NCBI GenBank assembly: GCA_035458985.1
Contig: DATHYR010000344.1
Location: forward strand, 22,793 to 86,792
Origin: Pseudomonadales bacterium
Lineage (GTDB): Bacteria > Pseudomonadota > Gammaproteobacteria > Pseudomonadales > JAHEIH01
Reading direction: 5' to 3'
Length of the DNA stretch: 64,000 nt
The notes beneath the pieces are model-generated. The model was not told where the DNA came from. It saw only the letters and a list, made by a program, of their open reading frames with translations, and searched no databases. The translations under genes were made by a program, and so were the position numbers. Positions 50,420 to 60,693 of this stretch are shown piece after piece; position 1 is the first letter of the stretch; each line of letters begins with the position of its first letter.

Positions 50420-52174
50420 TTACTGCACTGTACGGTGAAAACGACGACGTTTCCGGTAGGGGAAAACGTCGAGGAGTTGACCCGCGCGAATATTGTCTTG
50501 AATGCTAGACCAATAACTGGCTTTGTAAAGATCCGCATGGCGCTCTTCAAAGGCTTTTCTCGCTTTCGGATTACCGGAAAAGAACAGTCTAAATTCTTCA
50601 GGGAATACATCTAAGGGACCCACGGTGTACCATAATTCACCGGACATTTCTTGGTATTCATTTTGGGGCTCGGGGATTTCCCTAAACACACAGTCTGTCA
50701 GAGGACAGATTTCATCGTAGTCGTAAAACACAACGCGTTTGTGGCGCGTAACACCAAAGTTCTTCAGCAGCATATCACCAGGGAAAATATTGGCCGCCGC
50801 GAGTTGTTTTATGGCATTTCCATACTCATCCATGACATCGACGATATCCTCATCACTGGCACTTTGCAGGTAAATATTGAGCGGCACCATTTTACGCTCG
50901 ATGTATAAATGATTGATGATAATGCGGTGCTCACCCTTCTCTTGAATTAACGAGGGTGCCACTTCATATAACTCATCCAACAAGTCTGGCGAAATACGTC
51001 GTTTATCAAATTCAAAGTTTGAAAACTCATGGGTATCTGCCATACGACCCACACGGTCATGGCGCGACACCAGACGATATTTTTCTTTTACTTGGTCACG
51101 CGTCATGTCCTTAGGGGGGGCAAACCTGTCTTTAATGATCTTGAATACAAAATCATAACTGGGCAAGGTAAACACGGACATGACCATACCTTTGATGCCG
51201 GGTGCGATCACAAATTGATCATGAGTCTTGGCCATGTAGCGGCGAAAGTCCCTGAAAAACTCCGTCTTCGAATGCTTGCGGAATCCGATGCAGGCATACA
51301 ATTCGGATCGCGCCTTGTGAGGCATTAAGATTTTTAAGAAATCGACAATACTAGACGGGTCATTGGTTTCCACCATAAAGAACGACCGTGTGAAACTGAA
51401 TACCACCGACAATTCATCGCGGTCGAAAATCACCGTATCGACAAAGACCTGACCTTTCGTGTTGTGCATGATGGGCAGTACAAAGGGAATAATAGTGTCA
51501 CGCAAGACGATTCGTCCGATGACGTATGCTGCTTTGGAGCGATAAAACACGGACTTGAGGACATCAACCTGAATATTATGACGCTCTTGCGGTGAGAATC
51601 TTAGTAGCGGCTCGCGTGAAGCCTCGACAATGTTCATGATGTCGCGCTCTTTATCTTCCCAGGTCACGTTGAAAAGGCAACCATCCAACAAATCGCGAGT
51701 AAGATCAGTCACCTGCTCACCAGGCGAGTAACGATGATAGAGATGCTGGCTAACTTCTAGCGACAGCGGTTTCTGCGACGAGGTGACAAAGGCATGCTCA
51801 TCATTAATGTTGTCATGGCCAAATACGTAGCAATAGATAGAGTTGTAGAAGGTCTCCGCGATTTCGTAATTGGCGTGATACTGCAACATCTCAATGTAAT
51901 AAGACTTCGCCAATACCCATACACTGGGTTCATAAATCGGAGGACCAACCAGACCTTTGATCAATTCGGCAATGCTGTGAACTTTCCCCTTGTAGATCTC
52001 AATACGCTGGGAAGAGGCCTCCTGCACGGCGGGCCAATCGGCTGTCTCAAATCGTACTTTGGCCCCGAGAGTCACATTCGTAAAATCAGCGAACATCGCT
52101 TCGAAGCCATTGAGGATGGCACTGGCTAGCCGCTGTGCCGTGTCGTTTTTAAGTCTCTGTAACTGACTGGGCAT
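50420..52174 (-). CDS. aceK: Isocitrate dehydrogenase kinase/phosphatase
   Basis: 584 aa. The AceK-specific N-terminus is AQRLASAILNGFEAMFADF, and the kinase core includes VVFYDYDE. Confidence 0.95.
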   Translation of the reverse strand: MPSQLQRLKNDTAQRLASAILNGFEAMFADFTNVTLGAKVRFETADWPAVQEASSQRIEIYKGKVHSIAELIKGLVGPPIYEPSVWVLAKSYYIEMLQYHANYEIAETFYNSIYCYVFGHDNINDEHAFVTSSQKPLSLEVSQHLYHRYSPGEQVTDLTRDLLDGCLFNVTWEDKERDIMNIVEASREPLLRFSPQERHNIQVDVLKSVFYRSKAAYVIGRIVLRDTIIPFVLPIMHNTKGQVFVDTVIFDRDELSVVFSFTRSFFMVETNDPSSIVDFLKILMPHKARSELYACIGFRKHSKTEFFRDFRRYMAKTHDQFVIAPGIKGMVMSVFTLPSYDFVFKIIKDRFAPPKDMTRDQVKEKYRLVSRHDRVGRMADTHEFSNFEFDKRRISPDLLDELYEVAPSLIQEKGEHRIIINHLYIERKMVPLNIYLQSASDEDIVDVMDEYGNAIKQLAAANIFPGDMLLKNFGVTRHKRVVFYDYDEICPLTDCVFREIPEPQNEYQEMSGELWYTVGPLDVFPEEFRLFFSGNPKARKAFEERHADLYKASYWSSIQDNIRAGQLLDVFPYRKRRRFHRTVQ

Positions 52175-52365
52175 GACATGTCCTTATCATTATTTTTATC
52201 AACCATAGCTGTGTAAACGCGACCATACAAGCCATCCATCTATGGCAATGTCGCATGCTTGGATATTGCAGAACTTAGCCTCGCAGTAGGCCTTGTGGTA
52301 TTGCTGCAGCCATGGTAAAACATCATTGTTTTTTATGGAATTTATAATCACTATTAGGCACGGAA

Positions 52366-53301
52366 ATGAACCTTTCACGCGTTGACTTGAATCTGCTGGT
52401 GTTTCTGGACGTTTTACTGCGCGAGCGCAACGTCACCAAAGCCGCTGAGCAACTGGGTATTACCCAGCCAGCTATGAGTAATGGCCTGAAACGATTACGC
52501 GACCTGTTAGATGATCCGCTGTTGATCCGCACCAGCGAGGGAATGACTCCCACTGAGCGTGCCGAAGCACTGCAACCTCTCGTGAGAAATATTCTCAACG
52601 AAGTGGAAAAAGCTGTGCAGCCTTCTGCGCCATTCGACCCTGCCACCAGCGACCGAACGTTTCGGGTGATGGCCAGCGATTACATTGAAGCCACCCTTTT
52701 GCCCAAGGTCATTGCAGCGCTGCACGAACATGCACCTGGGATTTGCTTAGACATCCTGACCCCCAGTGACGTAAGTTTTCAAGATATTGAAAAAGGCAAG
52801 GTCGACATGGCAATTAACCGTTTCAACCAATTGCCACAATCCTTCCACCAGACAACGTTGTGGCGAGATAATTTTGCCTGTTTACTGAGTGCGCAACACC
52901 CCAAGGTAGACGCCTTCGATCTCGACGCCTATTTGGCTTCCAACCATATTTGGGTCAATAAAACCAACATGGGCGTCGGCACTGGCATGGACCGCGAAAA
53001 CACATCGCGACTAGGCTGGATTGACGAGGCATTGGCGGAATTGGACGTCAAACGCAACATTCGCGTTTTTACACGAAATTACATGGTTGCCTCCATACTG
53101 GCCACACAACCTGATCTCATTGCAACCCTGCCAAGACGCATGGCTAAAGTCTATGCCGATGATCCCAAGCTGGCGATTCGAACCCCACCCTTCCCTCTGG
53201 TCCCGATTGAGATAAAAATGATTTGGAGTCCTCTATTGCAACATAATCCAGGGCATCAGTGGTTGCGACGATTGATTGTCGATATTGCGCGCGAAGAATA
53301 A
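52366..53301 (+). CDS. LysR-family transcriptional regulator
   Basis: VDLNLLVFLDVLLRERNVTKAAEQLGITQPAMSNGLKRLR HTH plus a LysR substrate-binding domain. Divergent from aceK. Confidence 0.9.
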   Translation: MNLSRVDLNLLVFLDVLLRERNVTKAAEQLGITQPAMSNGLKRLRDLLDDPLLIRTSEGMTPTERAEALQPLVRNILNEVEKAVQPSAPFDPATSDRTFRVMASDYIEATLLPKVIAALHEHAPGICLDILTPSDVSFQDIEKGKVDMAINRFNQLPQSFHQTTLWRDNFACLLSAQHPKVDAFDLDAYLASNHIWVNKTNMGVGTGMDRENTSRLGWIDEALAELDVKRNIRVFTRNYMVASILATQPDLIATLPRRMAKVYADDPKLAIRTPPFPLVPIEIKMIWSPLLQHNPGHQWLRRLIVDIAREE

Positions 53302-53385
53302 AACTGGCGCGCTTGCCCATGTGTGAAGCATCCCTTCATCCAGTGAGCCGCTTATACTCAAACCCTATTATCTAAGGACTACAAG

Positions 53386-53895
53386 ATGTCTTTCATGAAA
53401 TTCAGTTTGGCGGGTTGCTGCTTGCTCATCCTCGCTGCCTGCCAAAATCTGCCAAGCCATAGCCAGCAAACCCTGTATGGTTTGACCTTTGAACCCTGGC
53501 CGTGGACACCAATTCAGTGCTTCGGGTGTGATTGGTCTGACAATAACATCACGCTTAAAGACGGGGTTATCCGCCGGGTTGAAGCGCGTAAGTCAGGTGA
53601 GTTGAGAATCGTTGCCGCACGAGGTGACCGCGGGGGCGACATCATGAAAGCCTTCAGTATCAGCCCACAGCGACAAGAGCCCTTGTTCAATCTGCGTTTT
53701 GCCAATAGTTATCGCGACGCCGTGGTCAAAATTACTGATAAAAATGGCGAACGAAGAGTGCTCGAAAGCGGCCAATTCGCCCCAGTCTATATTGACGGAG
53801 AGCTTTGGACCCTGTACATCGTTCGTGCGACAGAATGGCAAGACGATCTCACCCCAAGCAAGTTTCTTATCGATTGGGTCTTACTGAAAGAATAA
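53386..53895 (+). CDS. Hypothetical lipoprotein
   Basis: Lipobox LILAAC-Q. 169 aa, no family that I recognise. Lies 9 nt upstream of the M1 peptidase gene. Confidence 0.6.
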   Translation: MSFMKFSLAGCCLLILAACQNLPSHSQQTLYGLTFEPWPWTPIQCFGCDWSDNNITLKDGVIRRVEARKSGELRIVAARGDRGGDIMKAFSISPQRQEPLFNLRFANSYRDAVVKITDKNGERRVLESGQFAPVYIDGELWTLYIVRATEWQDDLTPSKFLIDWVLLKE

Positions 53896-53904
53896 GAGGT
53901 ATTT

Positions 53905-55818
53905 ATGACACGCAAAACCCTACTCGCCTCCATCGCGTCGGCGTTTTTATTTGGCTCCCTTGTCACCGCCTGTTCCTCGAGTGACAAAGTGACCGTTTCA
54001 TCTTCGCCAGCAGCTTCCTTAGCTGCACGTGATCATCGCATCGACCACCATTCCTTTAGCAATCCCGACGAAATGGTCGTTCGTCATGTATCGCTGGATT
54101 TAACCGTCGACTTTGAGGCGAGTATCCTTGAAGGCAGTGCCAGCTTGACGGTAGAACGTATGGCCACGGATGCCAACACATTGATACTCGACACGCGCGA
54201 CCTCGACATAGCCGCCAGCTACTGTGGCGACACGTCGATACCCTTTCAAGTGGGTGAAAAAGATCAACACCTTGGTAGTCCACTCAGCATCGAATTACCC
54301 GCCGACTGCTCGGTGGTACGCGTCAGTTATCGCACAACACCCGGGGCGTCTGGATTACAGTGGCTCACGCCACAACAAACCGCTGGCAAAAAACACCCGT
54401 TCTTATTTAGCCAGGCCCAAGCCATCCATGCCCGCAGCTTTATCCCTCTTCAGGATTCCCCCGGCGTTCGTATCACTTATGATGCCACCATCCGCACCTC
54501 GCCAGAACTCATGGCCGTGATGAGTGCGGCTAACGACCCTAACGCAGAGCGAGATGGCGTGTACGAGTTTGACATGCCACAACCCATTCCTTCGTATCTC
54601 ATTGCCATCGCCGTTGGGGACATTCACTTTAAACCGATGGGCGAGCGAACCGGCATTTATTCAGAGCCCGCCTACCTTGAAGCGGCCGCGGCTGAATTTG
54701 AAGATACCGAAGCCATGTTAATCGCCACTGAAAAGGTCTATGGCAAGTACCGCTGGGATCGTTACGACTTGCTGATTTTGCCCCCCTCCTTTCCCTTTGG
54801 TGGCATGGAAAATCCTCGCCTCTCATTTATTACCCCCACGGTGTTGGCGGGTGATAAGAGCTTAGTGTCGCTCATTGCGCACGAGCTGGCGCACTCTTGG
54901 TCAGGTAATACAGTGACCAACGCGACATGGCGAGACCTATGGATGAATGAAGGATTTACGACCTATCTCACCTACCGCATTATGGAAATTGTCTACGGCA
55001 CCGACCGCGAAGCCATGGAGTTTGTCTTGGGCTATGGCGATTTGACCGCAGATATTGAAGACCTCCCAGCCGATGACACCCTACTTGCCATCGACATGAA
55101 GGGGCGTGACCCCGATGCGGTTTTTAGTAACATTCCCTACGAAAAAGGGGCGCTGTTTCTGCGCGAATTAGAACAGCGTATTGGCCGCGAAGCCTTCGAT
55201 GCCTTCCTCTTGAAGTATTTCGAGCATTTTGCCTTTCAGAGTATTACCACAGCTCAATTTGAGGACTACTTAAACACCGAGCTTTTAAGTGCGCACCCCT
55301 CGGCGATCAGTCAAGCGCGTTTAACACAATGGATTCACGGCCCCGGTATCCCTGAGGGTGCGCCTCTGCCCAATAGCCCAGCCTTTGAGGTAGTCGATGC
55401 CGCCCGTCAAGCGTGGTTGTCTGGTGAGATGGCCGCCGCAGATATTCCCTCCGGTGCGTGGGTGTTTCATCAGTGGATGCATTTCTTACAAGGTATGCCG
55501 GCGGAGCTGACGCTGCAACAAATGCAAGAACTTGACGATGCCTTTGCATTCACCGCCAGTAATAATAATGAAATCGCCCATGTATGGCTGCTCTTGTCCA
55601 TTCAGCATTGGTATGAAAATGCCTTCGACCGACTTCACAACTATTTAACCACTATCGGACGTAACAAGTTGGTTAAACCGCTCTACCGTGAATTGGCCAA
55701 GACACCCGAAGGACGAGCTTTTGGTGCTAAAGCCTTTGCTCAGGCAAAAGAGGGCTATCACCCATTAACCGTTAAAACGAATCTCCCGTTTGTGACTGAA
55801 AAAGACGACGATCAGTAG
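53905..55818 (+). CDS. M1-family zinc aminopeptidase (leukotriene A4 hydrolase / cold-active aminopeptidase-like), lipoprotein
   Basis: Lipobox LVTAC-S, GGMENP exopeptidase motif, HELAHSWSGN-X-NEGFTTY zinc site and a C-terminal LTA4H-like helical domain. Confidence 0.9.
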   Translation: MTRKTLLASIASAFLFGSLVTACSSSDKVTVSSSPAASLAARDHRIDHHSFSNPDEMVVRHVSLDLTVDFEASILEGSASLTVERMATDANTLILDTRDLDIAASYCGDTSIPFQVGEKDQHLGSPLSIELPADCSVVRVSYRTTPGASGLQWLTPQQTAGKKHPFLFSQAQAIHARSFIPLQDSPGVRITYDATIRTSPELMAVMSAANDPNAERDGVYEFDMPQPIPSYLIAIAVGDIHFKPMGERTGIYSEPAYLEAAAAEFEDTEAMLIATEKVYGKYRWDRYDLLILPPSFPFGGMENPRLSFITPTVLAGDKSLVSLIAHELAHSWSGNTVTNATWRDLWMNEGFTTYLTYRIMEIVYGTDREAMEFVLGYGDLTADIEDLPADDTLLAIDMKGRDPDAVFSNIPYEKGALFLRELEQRIGREAFDAFLLKYFEHFAFQSITTAQFEDYLNTELLSAHPSAISQARLTQWIHGPGIPEGAPLPNSPAFEVVDAARQAWLSGEMAAADIPSGAWVFHQWMHFLQGMPAELTLQQMQELDDAFAFTASNNNEIAHVWLLLSIQHWYENAFDRLHNYLTTIGRNKLVKPLYRELAKTPEGRAFGAKAFAQAKEGYHPLTVKTNLPFVTEKDDDQ

Positions 55819-56411
55819 TCTTCTGGTTGGGAGCGCAGCGTCGCTCCCAACACATCACAAAAATCTTGTAAGCCTTCCATCGCCACTTGAGGCAATTGCA
55901 ATAACATCATTACCTGATGGCCGTAGGCGACATCGTCAATCCTGACTTGATGCTGCTGGCACCAATGTCGCATCACTTGCTCCTGAGAGAACGCCAGGGT
56001 GACTTCCGCCCACTGCATAGCCACATAGGGCGTTAGCTGAAGTGCATCAACCACCGCTTGTGCGGCGCCGCTGTAAGCACGCATCAAGCCACCAGCACCT
56101 AACTTTATACCGCCAAAATAACGCACCACTGCCACCAGTACGTTCCCAATGACTTTGTGCTGCAATACATTAAGGATGGGCTTACCCGCCGTACCACTGG
56201 GTTCGCCATCGTCAGACATGGCCGCGCTGGATTGATTGCCAAGCACATAGGCCCAACAAATATGGCGGGCGTCTGGGAACTCAGCACGTAATGCGGTGAG
56301 GTATTGCATCGCCTGCTGGCGAGATTCCACGGGATAGGCGCGCGCAATAAATCGACTTTTCTTCACGTCAAGTTCGGCGGTGGCGGGCGCAAGGGGAATT
56401 TGATAGGCCAA
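55812..56411 (-). CDS. yigZ: YigZ/IMPACT-family protein
   Basis: KKSRFIA...HICWAY...DDGEPSGTAGKPIL..L......VVVVRYFGGIKLGAGGL is the UPF0029 pattern. Confidence 0.88.
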   Translation of the reverse strand: MAYQIPLAPATAELDVKKSRFIARAYPVESRQQAMQYLTALRAEFPDARHICWAYVLGNQSSAAMSDDGEPSGTAGKPILNVLQHKVIGNVLVAVVRYFGGIKLGAGGLMRAYSGAAQAVVDALQLTPYVAMQWAEVTLAFSQEQVMRHWCQQHQVRIDDVAYGHQVMMLLQLPQVAMEGLQDFCDVLGATLRSQPEDY

Positions 56412-56561
56412 GGGCTGTCTCGCGGTGGGCGTTTACAATGAAGGATAGCGGGCATTATGCGAGCCCGCCGCTATTGATGTCAAAACACGCAAAAACACGC
56501 CAGCCAGACAAGCGAAAGAAATCCGCGTAAAATACCCACTTCAGCCAAACGAGAGAGCATC

Positions 56562-57494
56562 ATGGCCATTCACTGGTTCCCCGGGCACATGCATAAAGCC
56601 CGAAAAGAAATGAAAGAAGTCCTACCACTGGTGGATGTCATCATAGAGGTTATTGACGCACGAATTCCCTACAGTAGCGAAAACCCTATGATTGCCGAGA
56701 TGCGTGGCGATAAGCCCTGTCTAAAAATCCTCAACAAGGCCGATCTCGCCGACCCAAGCATCACCGCGCAATGGCTCGCCCACTTGTCACAGCGAGATAA
56801 TATGGCGGCGCTTGAAATGTGTGCGCAAGAAGCCAATCGCGCCGCCAAATTGAAAGATTTAATTCGCCAACTCTGCCCGCAGCGCGCAGGGCAACACCGA
56901 GCCATTCATACCATGATTTGTGGCATTCCCAATGTCGGAAAATCAACCCTTATCAATAGTCTCGCTGGCAGAATGATTGCCAAAACCGGCAACGAACCCG
57001 CCATTACCAAGGGACAACAGCGTATCAATTTGGGCGATGGCATTACTCTGTCTGATACCCCAGGGATTCTCTGGCCCAAAGTGGAAAACCCCAAGAGCAG
57101 TTATCGCCTTGCCGTAACGGGGGCCATTCGTGAAACGGCAATGGATCACGATGACGTCGCTTTTTTTGGCATGGATTACCTTCTGCATGAATACCCACAA
57201 GCACTTGCCGATCGCTATGGCTTTGATCCACAAGGCATGGTTGAGGTTGAAGCGATTGAAGAACTTGGCCGTCGCCGCGGCTGCTTAAGAGGGGGTAAAC
57301 AAGTCGACCTTAATCGTGCCTGCAAATTGTTTTTAACCGAACTTCGCGAGGGCCGCTTAGGACCCATCTCATTGGAAACACCCACCATGATGGCGCAAGA
57401 GTTAATCGACGTTGACCTCATGAAGGCGCAAAAAGAAGCCGAACGCGAAGCGCGCAAGGCAGAAAAGATGAAAGGTAAACGCAAACCGAGTTAA
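56562..57494 (+). CDS. rbgA: Ribosome biogenesis GTPase A (YlqF/RbgA), circularly permuted GTPase
   Basis: WFPGHMHKA N-terminus. The G-motif order is permuted: G4 NKADL precedes G1 GIPNVGKST and G3 DTPG. Confidence 0.9.
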   Translation: MAIHWFPGHMHKARKEMKEVLPLVDVIIEVIDARIPYSSENPMIAEMRGDKPCLKILNKADLADPSITAQWLAHLSQRDNMAALEMCAQEANRAAKLKDLIRQLCPQRAGQHRAIHTMICGIPNVGKSTLINSLAGRMIAKTGNEPAITKGQQRINLGDGITLSDTPGILWPKVENPKSSYRLAVTGAIRETAMDHDDVAFFGMDYLLHEYPQALADRYGFDPQGMVEVEAIEELGRRRGCLRGGKQVDLNRACKLFLTELREGRLGPISLETPTMMAQELIDVDLMKAQKEAEREARKAEKMKGKRKPS

Positions 57495-57497
57495 GCC

Positions 57498-57523
57498 ACT
57501 CTGGCGGCAGCCGCCACCAGAGT
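57498..57523. terminator. Hairpin between the convergent rbgA and RND genes
   Basis: ACTCTGGCGGC-AGCC-GCCACCAGAGT, an 11 bp stem with one mismatch. No U-tract on either strand. Confidence 0.35.
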
Positions 57524-57535
57524 CACAAGGTGCGT

Positions 57536-60500
57536 CTAATTGGCGGCCTCGTTGTCCATGACGAGCAACGCATCCTCCTTTGTCGCTGGGCGCTTCAATC
57601 GTCTGCCCACCGCTTCACTCAGTTCTTCGCCAATGCAATACAGCGACGGTACTAAGTACAGCGTTACCGCTAGAGCCACTAACACACCGAAAGCTAGTGA
57701 GATAACGGCAGGGTGAAGAAACTGCGCCTGAATCGAGCGCTCAGCCATCATCGGGATCAAGCCGACGAAGGTTGTCACGGTGGTCAACAAGATAGGTCGA
57801 AAACGCTCAGCACCCGCTTCCAATACCGCATCAACAGCACTCATACCACGCTGGCGAGCGCGATTCACATAATCCATCAATACCAAGTTATCGTTGACCA
57901 CCACCCCAGCAGCGGCCGCGATACCAAAATACGAGAACAGTGCCATCGACAGACCAAAAATAAGGTGCCCATAAACAGCCCCCATATAACCAAAAGGAAT
58001 CGCCGTCATAATCAGTAGAGGCTGTACATAACTACCAAAGGCAACCGCTAATAGCCAATACATCACAAAAAATGCCAGCAAATAGAGACTGGTGACTTCC
58101 TTAAAGAAGCGAGCCTCCCCCTCCGCCTGACCAACAGCGCCTCGAATAACACCCGGGAATTGCTTTTCCCACTCGGGGAAGAAGTTTTCATCGAGGTCCT
58201 TCTGAATATCGCGACCCAAGTCAGAGGTGAGGTTGGCATTCACGGTAGCAGAACGACGACGCTCGCGACGTTTAATCTCTTTTACGCCTGACGACACCTC
58301 TACCTCTACGACCGACAAAAGTGGCACTAAACTACCATCGGGCGTGCGCAGGCGGAAATTTTCCAGGCTGGCCAAGTTGTATCGATCCGCTTTGGGATAG
58401 CGAACCATCACACGCACGTCGCCGTTTTCACGGGGCAGACGTTGAACTTCCTCACCGTAATACGCCTGGCGGACTTGGCGCGATACTTCGCGCAGGGTTA
58501 AACCCATGCGCTCAGCGCCTGGAAGCAACGTGAAGTGTAATTCGCTGACTGAACCTTGCAGGTCATCGCGGACGTAGTACACCGAGTCGTAGCCGCGAAG
58601 CTTAGCTTGTAGCGCCTCACTGGCAGCCAACAAGGTCTCCATATCAGGGTGACTGATCGCGTAACTTAAACGGGGCACAGAATCATTGGTGGTGTAGTTA
58701 ACGGTAATTTCTTCAGCATCTGGCACATCGCCAATTAATTCTTTCAAACGCAGGGCGACATCTTTGGCGGATAGGTCACGCTCAGAGGGGGGCACGAGTT
58801 TTACCATCGCTAGCACGCTGTCACGGCGTGACCGGGTATACCAATTCTCGACCAACTTACCCTGCCCCTCTTCAGCTTGGGCATTGACCTCATCCACCAA
58901 CTGCTTTTCAGCGGCTTGAATTTGCTGCAAGATCTGTAATGCACGCTCGTAGGGGGTATCATTGGGCAGATCCACGTTAATATAAATGCCATCGCCTTCA
59001 ATCTCGGGCATAAAGGAAAACTTGACCCAACCCGAGCTAAAGACACCCATTGAAACAATAAACACGCCTACAAACGCCGCCACAGTGGCATAGCGATGAC
59101 GGAGACTAAAGGCTAGACTGCGACGATAGGTTGTGCGGGCAAAGCGTATGATCGAATGAGCAATCGCCTGCTGCAACGATAGAAATTTACGTACCACGAC
59201 ATACTTTGAATCGCTGTTCTCTGGCGCAAGTTTTCTCAGGTGGGCCGGCAGGATAAAAAAGGCCTCAATCAGCGAGAATGTCAGCGACAAGATGATCACA
59301 ATGGATATATGACGGGTAATTTGCACATCTTCTCCCGACAAGAACAACCACGGCATGAACGCAATCATGGTCGTCAACACGGCAAACATGACAGGTTTGG
59401 CAACTAACTGCGTTCCCATGATGGCAGATTCCACACTACCACCGCGTTGCTGAGCCGTATGGTGAATGCTTTCTCCGACCACGATCGCATCATCCACCAC
59501 GATACCCAACACCAATAAAAAGGCGAAGGTTGAGATGACGTTCAACGATACATCGGCAGAGGGTAGCAAGGCCAGAGAGCCCATATAGGCCGTGGCAATA
59601 CCAACCGTCACCCATAACGCTACTTTAGGTCGCAGGGTTAATATCAAGATAATGAACACCAGCAACAAACCCGTGATAGCCGAGCTAATGATCGTTTCCA
59701 TCCGCCCTTTGTACACATCGGCATTATCCCACCAAATCGTCAGACCAACGCCTTCAGGAAGGCGCTTTTGAGTCTCTTCAACCCATTGATGAACCGAATC
59801 GGAGGCCTTAACAACGTCCATGTGCTCTTGCGAAAGCACCTGGATCAATACGGCTGGCTGACCATTCAAGGTGGCGAGAATATCTTCGTCCTCAAAGCCA
59901 TCAATGACTTTCGCCACGTCACCTACTCGCAGAATACCGCCTTCGATATCTTGGCGAAGAATGATGTTTTCAAACTCCGTTTGAGTATTCGCTAAATTTC
60001 GTGCGCGCAATAAAATATCGCCTGATTCTGTGCGTACACGACCGGAAGAGACGTTGACTGAGGTGGCACCGATCGCGCGAGCCACTTCATCAAAACTCAG
60101 ACCGTAACGACGCAGAGCCGCTTCCGACAATTCGACAGAGACTTCTTCTCGCCGCGTACCGAATAACTCCACGATAGAAATACCAGGTAACATGGCCACT
60201 TCATCACGAAGATCTTCCGCTAAACGGTTTAATTGGCGCTCGCCAATATCTCCATAGAGTCCAATCCGCATGGATTGATCGCGATAAATTTGCTCTCGCA
60301 CAATAGGCCGCTCGATATCTCGAGGCAGCGAACTGATGGCGTCGACGCGACGCTTGATATTGCCAACAAAAGCACCCATATCGACGGGACCCAAGGCTCG
60401 TACCCAAATATAAGCTGAACCTTCATTGGCACTGGCAAAAATGCGATCGATATTATCCAGATCGGTAAGGGCCTCTTCGATGCGCACAATAATCTGTTCT

Positions 60501-60682
60501 TCAACTTCTTGGGGGGCAGCGCCCGGCCACGCAACAATAACCTCAACATTATTCGCTTTAATGACTGGGAATGCTTCCCGCTCAATATTCATGAAACCTA
60601 AGAAACCAGTAATGACGATACCGATCATTAGTAGGTTGGCTGCGACAGGATTGCGGGCCCACCATGCAATTAAACCGTTCAT
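57536..60682 (-). CDS. RND-family efflux transporter permease (AcrB/HAE1-like)
   Basis: 1048 aa with a 12-TM RND architecture. N-terminus is MNGLIAWWARNPVAANLLM, and VVDDAIVV and similar motifs are present. Confidence 0.93.
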   Translation of the reverse strand: MNGLIAWWARNPVAANLLMIGIVITGFLGFMNIEREAFPVIKANNVEVIVAWPGAAPQEVEEQIIVRIEEALTDLDNIDRIFASANEGSAYIWVRALGPVDMGAFVGNIKRRVDAISSLPRDIERPIVREQIYRDQSMRIGLYGDIGERQLNRLAEDLRDEVAMLPGISIVELFGTRREEVSVELSEAALRRYGLSFDEVARAIGATSVNVSSGRVRTESGDILLRARNLANTQTEFENIILRQDIEGGILRVGDVAKVIDGFEDEDILATLNGQPAVLIQVLSQEHMDVVKASDSVHQWVEETQKRLPEGVGLTIWWDNADVYKGRMETIISSAITGLLLVFIILILTLRPKVALWVTVGIATAYMGSLALLPSADVSLNVISTFAFLLVLGIVVDDAIVVGESIHHTAQQRGGSVESAIMGTQLVAKPVMFAVLTTMIAFMPWLFLSGEDVQITRHISIVIILSLTFSLIEAFFILPAHLRKLAPENSDSKYVVVRKFLSLQQAIAHSIIRFARTTYRRSLAFSLRHRYATVAAFVGVFIVSMGVFSSGWVKFSFMPEIEGDGIYINVDLPNDTPYERALQILQQIQAAEKQLVDEVNAQAEEGQGKLVENWYTRSRRDSVLAMVKLVPPSERDLSAKDVALRLKELIGDVPDAEEITVNYTTNDSVPRLSYAISHPDMETLLAASEALQAKLRGYDSVYYVRDDLQGSVSELHFTLLPGAERMGLTLREVSRQVRQAYYGEEVQRLPRENGDVRVMVRYPKADRYNLASLENFRLRTPDGSLVPLLSVVEVEVSSGVKEIKRRERRRSATVNANLTSDLGRDIQKDLDENFFPEWEKQFPGVIRGAVGQAEGEARFFKEVTSLYLLAFFVMYWLLAVAFGSYVQPLLIMTAIPFGYMGAVYGHLIFGLSMALFSYFGIAAAAGVVVNDNLVLMDYVNRARQRGMSAVDAVLEAGAERFRPILLTTVTTFVGLIPMMAERSIQAQFLHPAVISLAFGVLVALAVTLYLVPSLYCIGEELSEAVGRRLKRPATKEDALLVMDNEAAN

Positions 60683-60693
60683 GGCATCACCCC

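Noticed and set aside
56481-56500. Tandem direct repeat CAAAACACGC-AAAAACACGC in the yigZ/rbgA divergent region
   Set aside because: It has only two copies of a 10-mer with no wider repeat array and no palindromic partner. It could be a regulator site, but it is too small to call from sequence alone.
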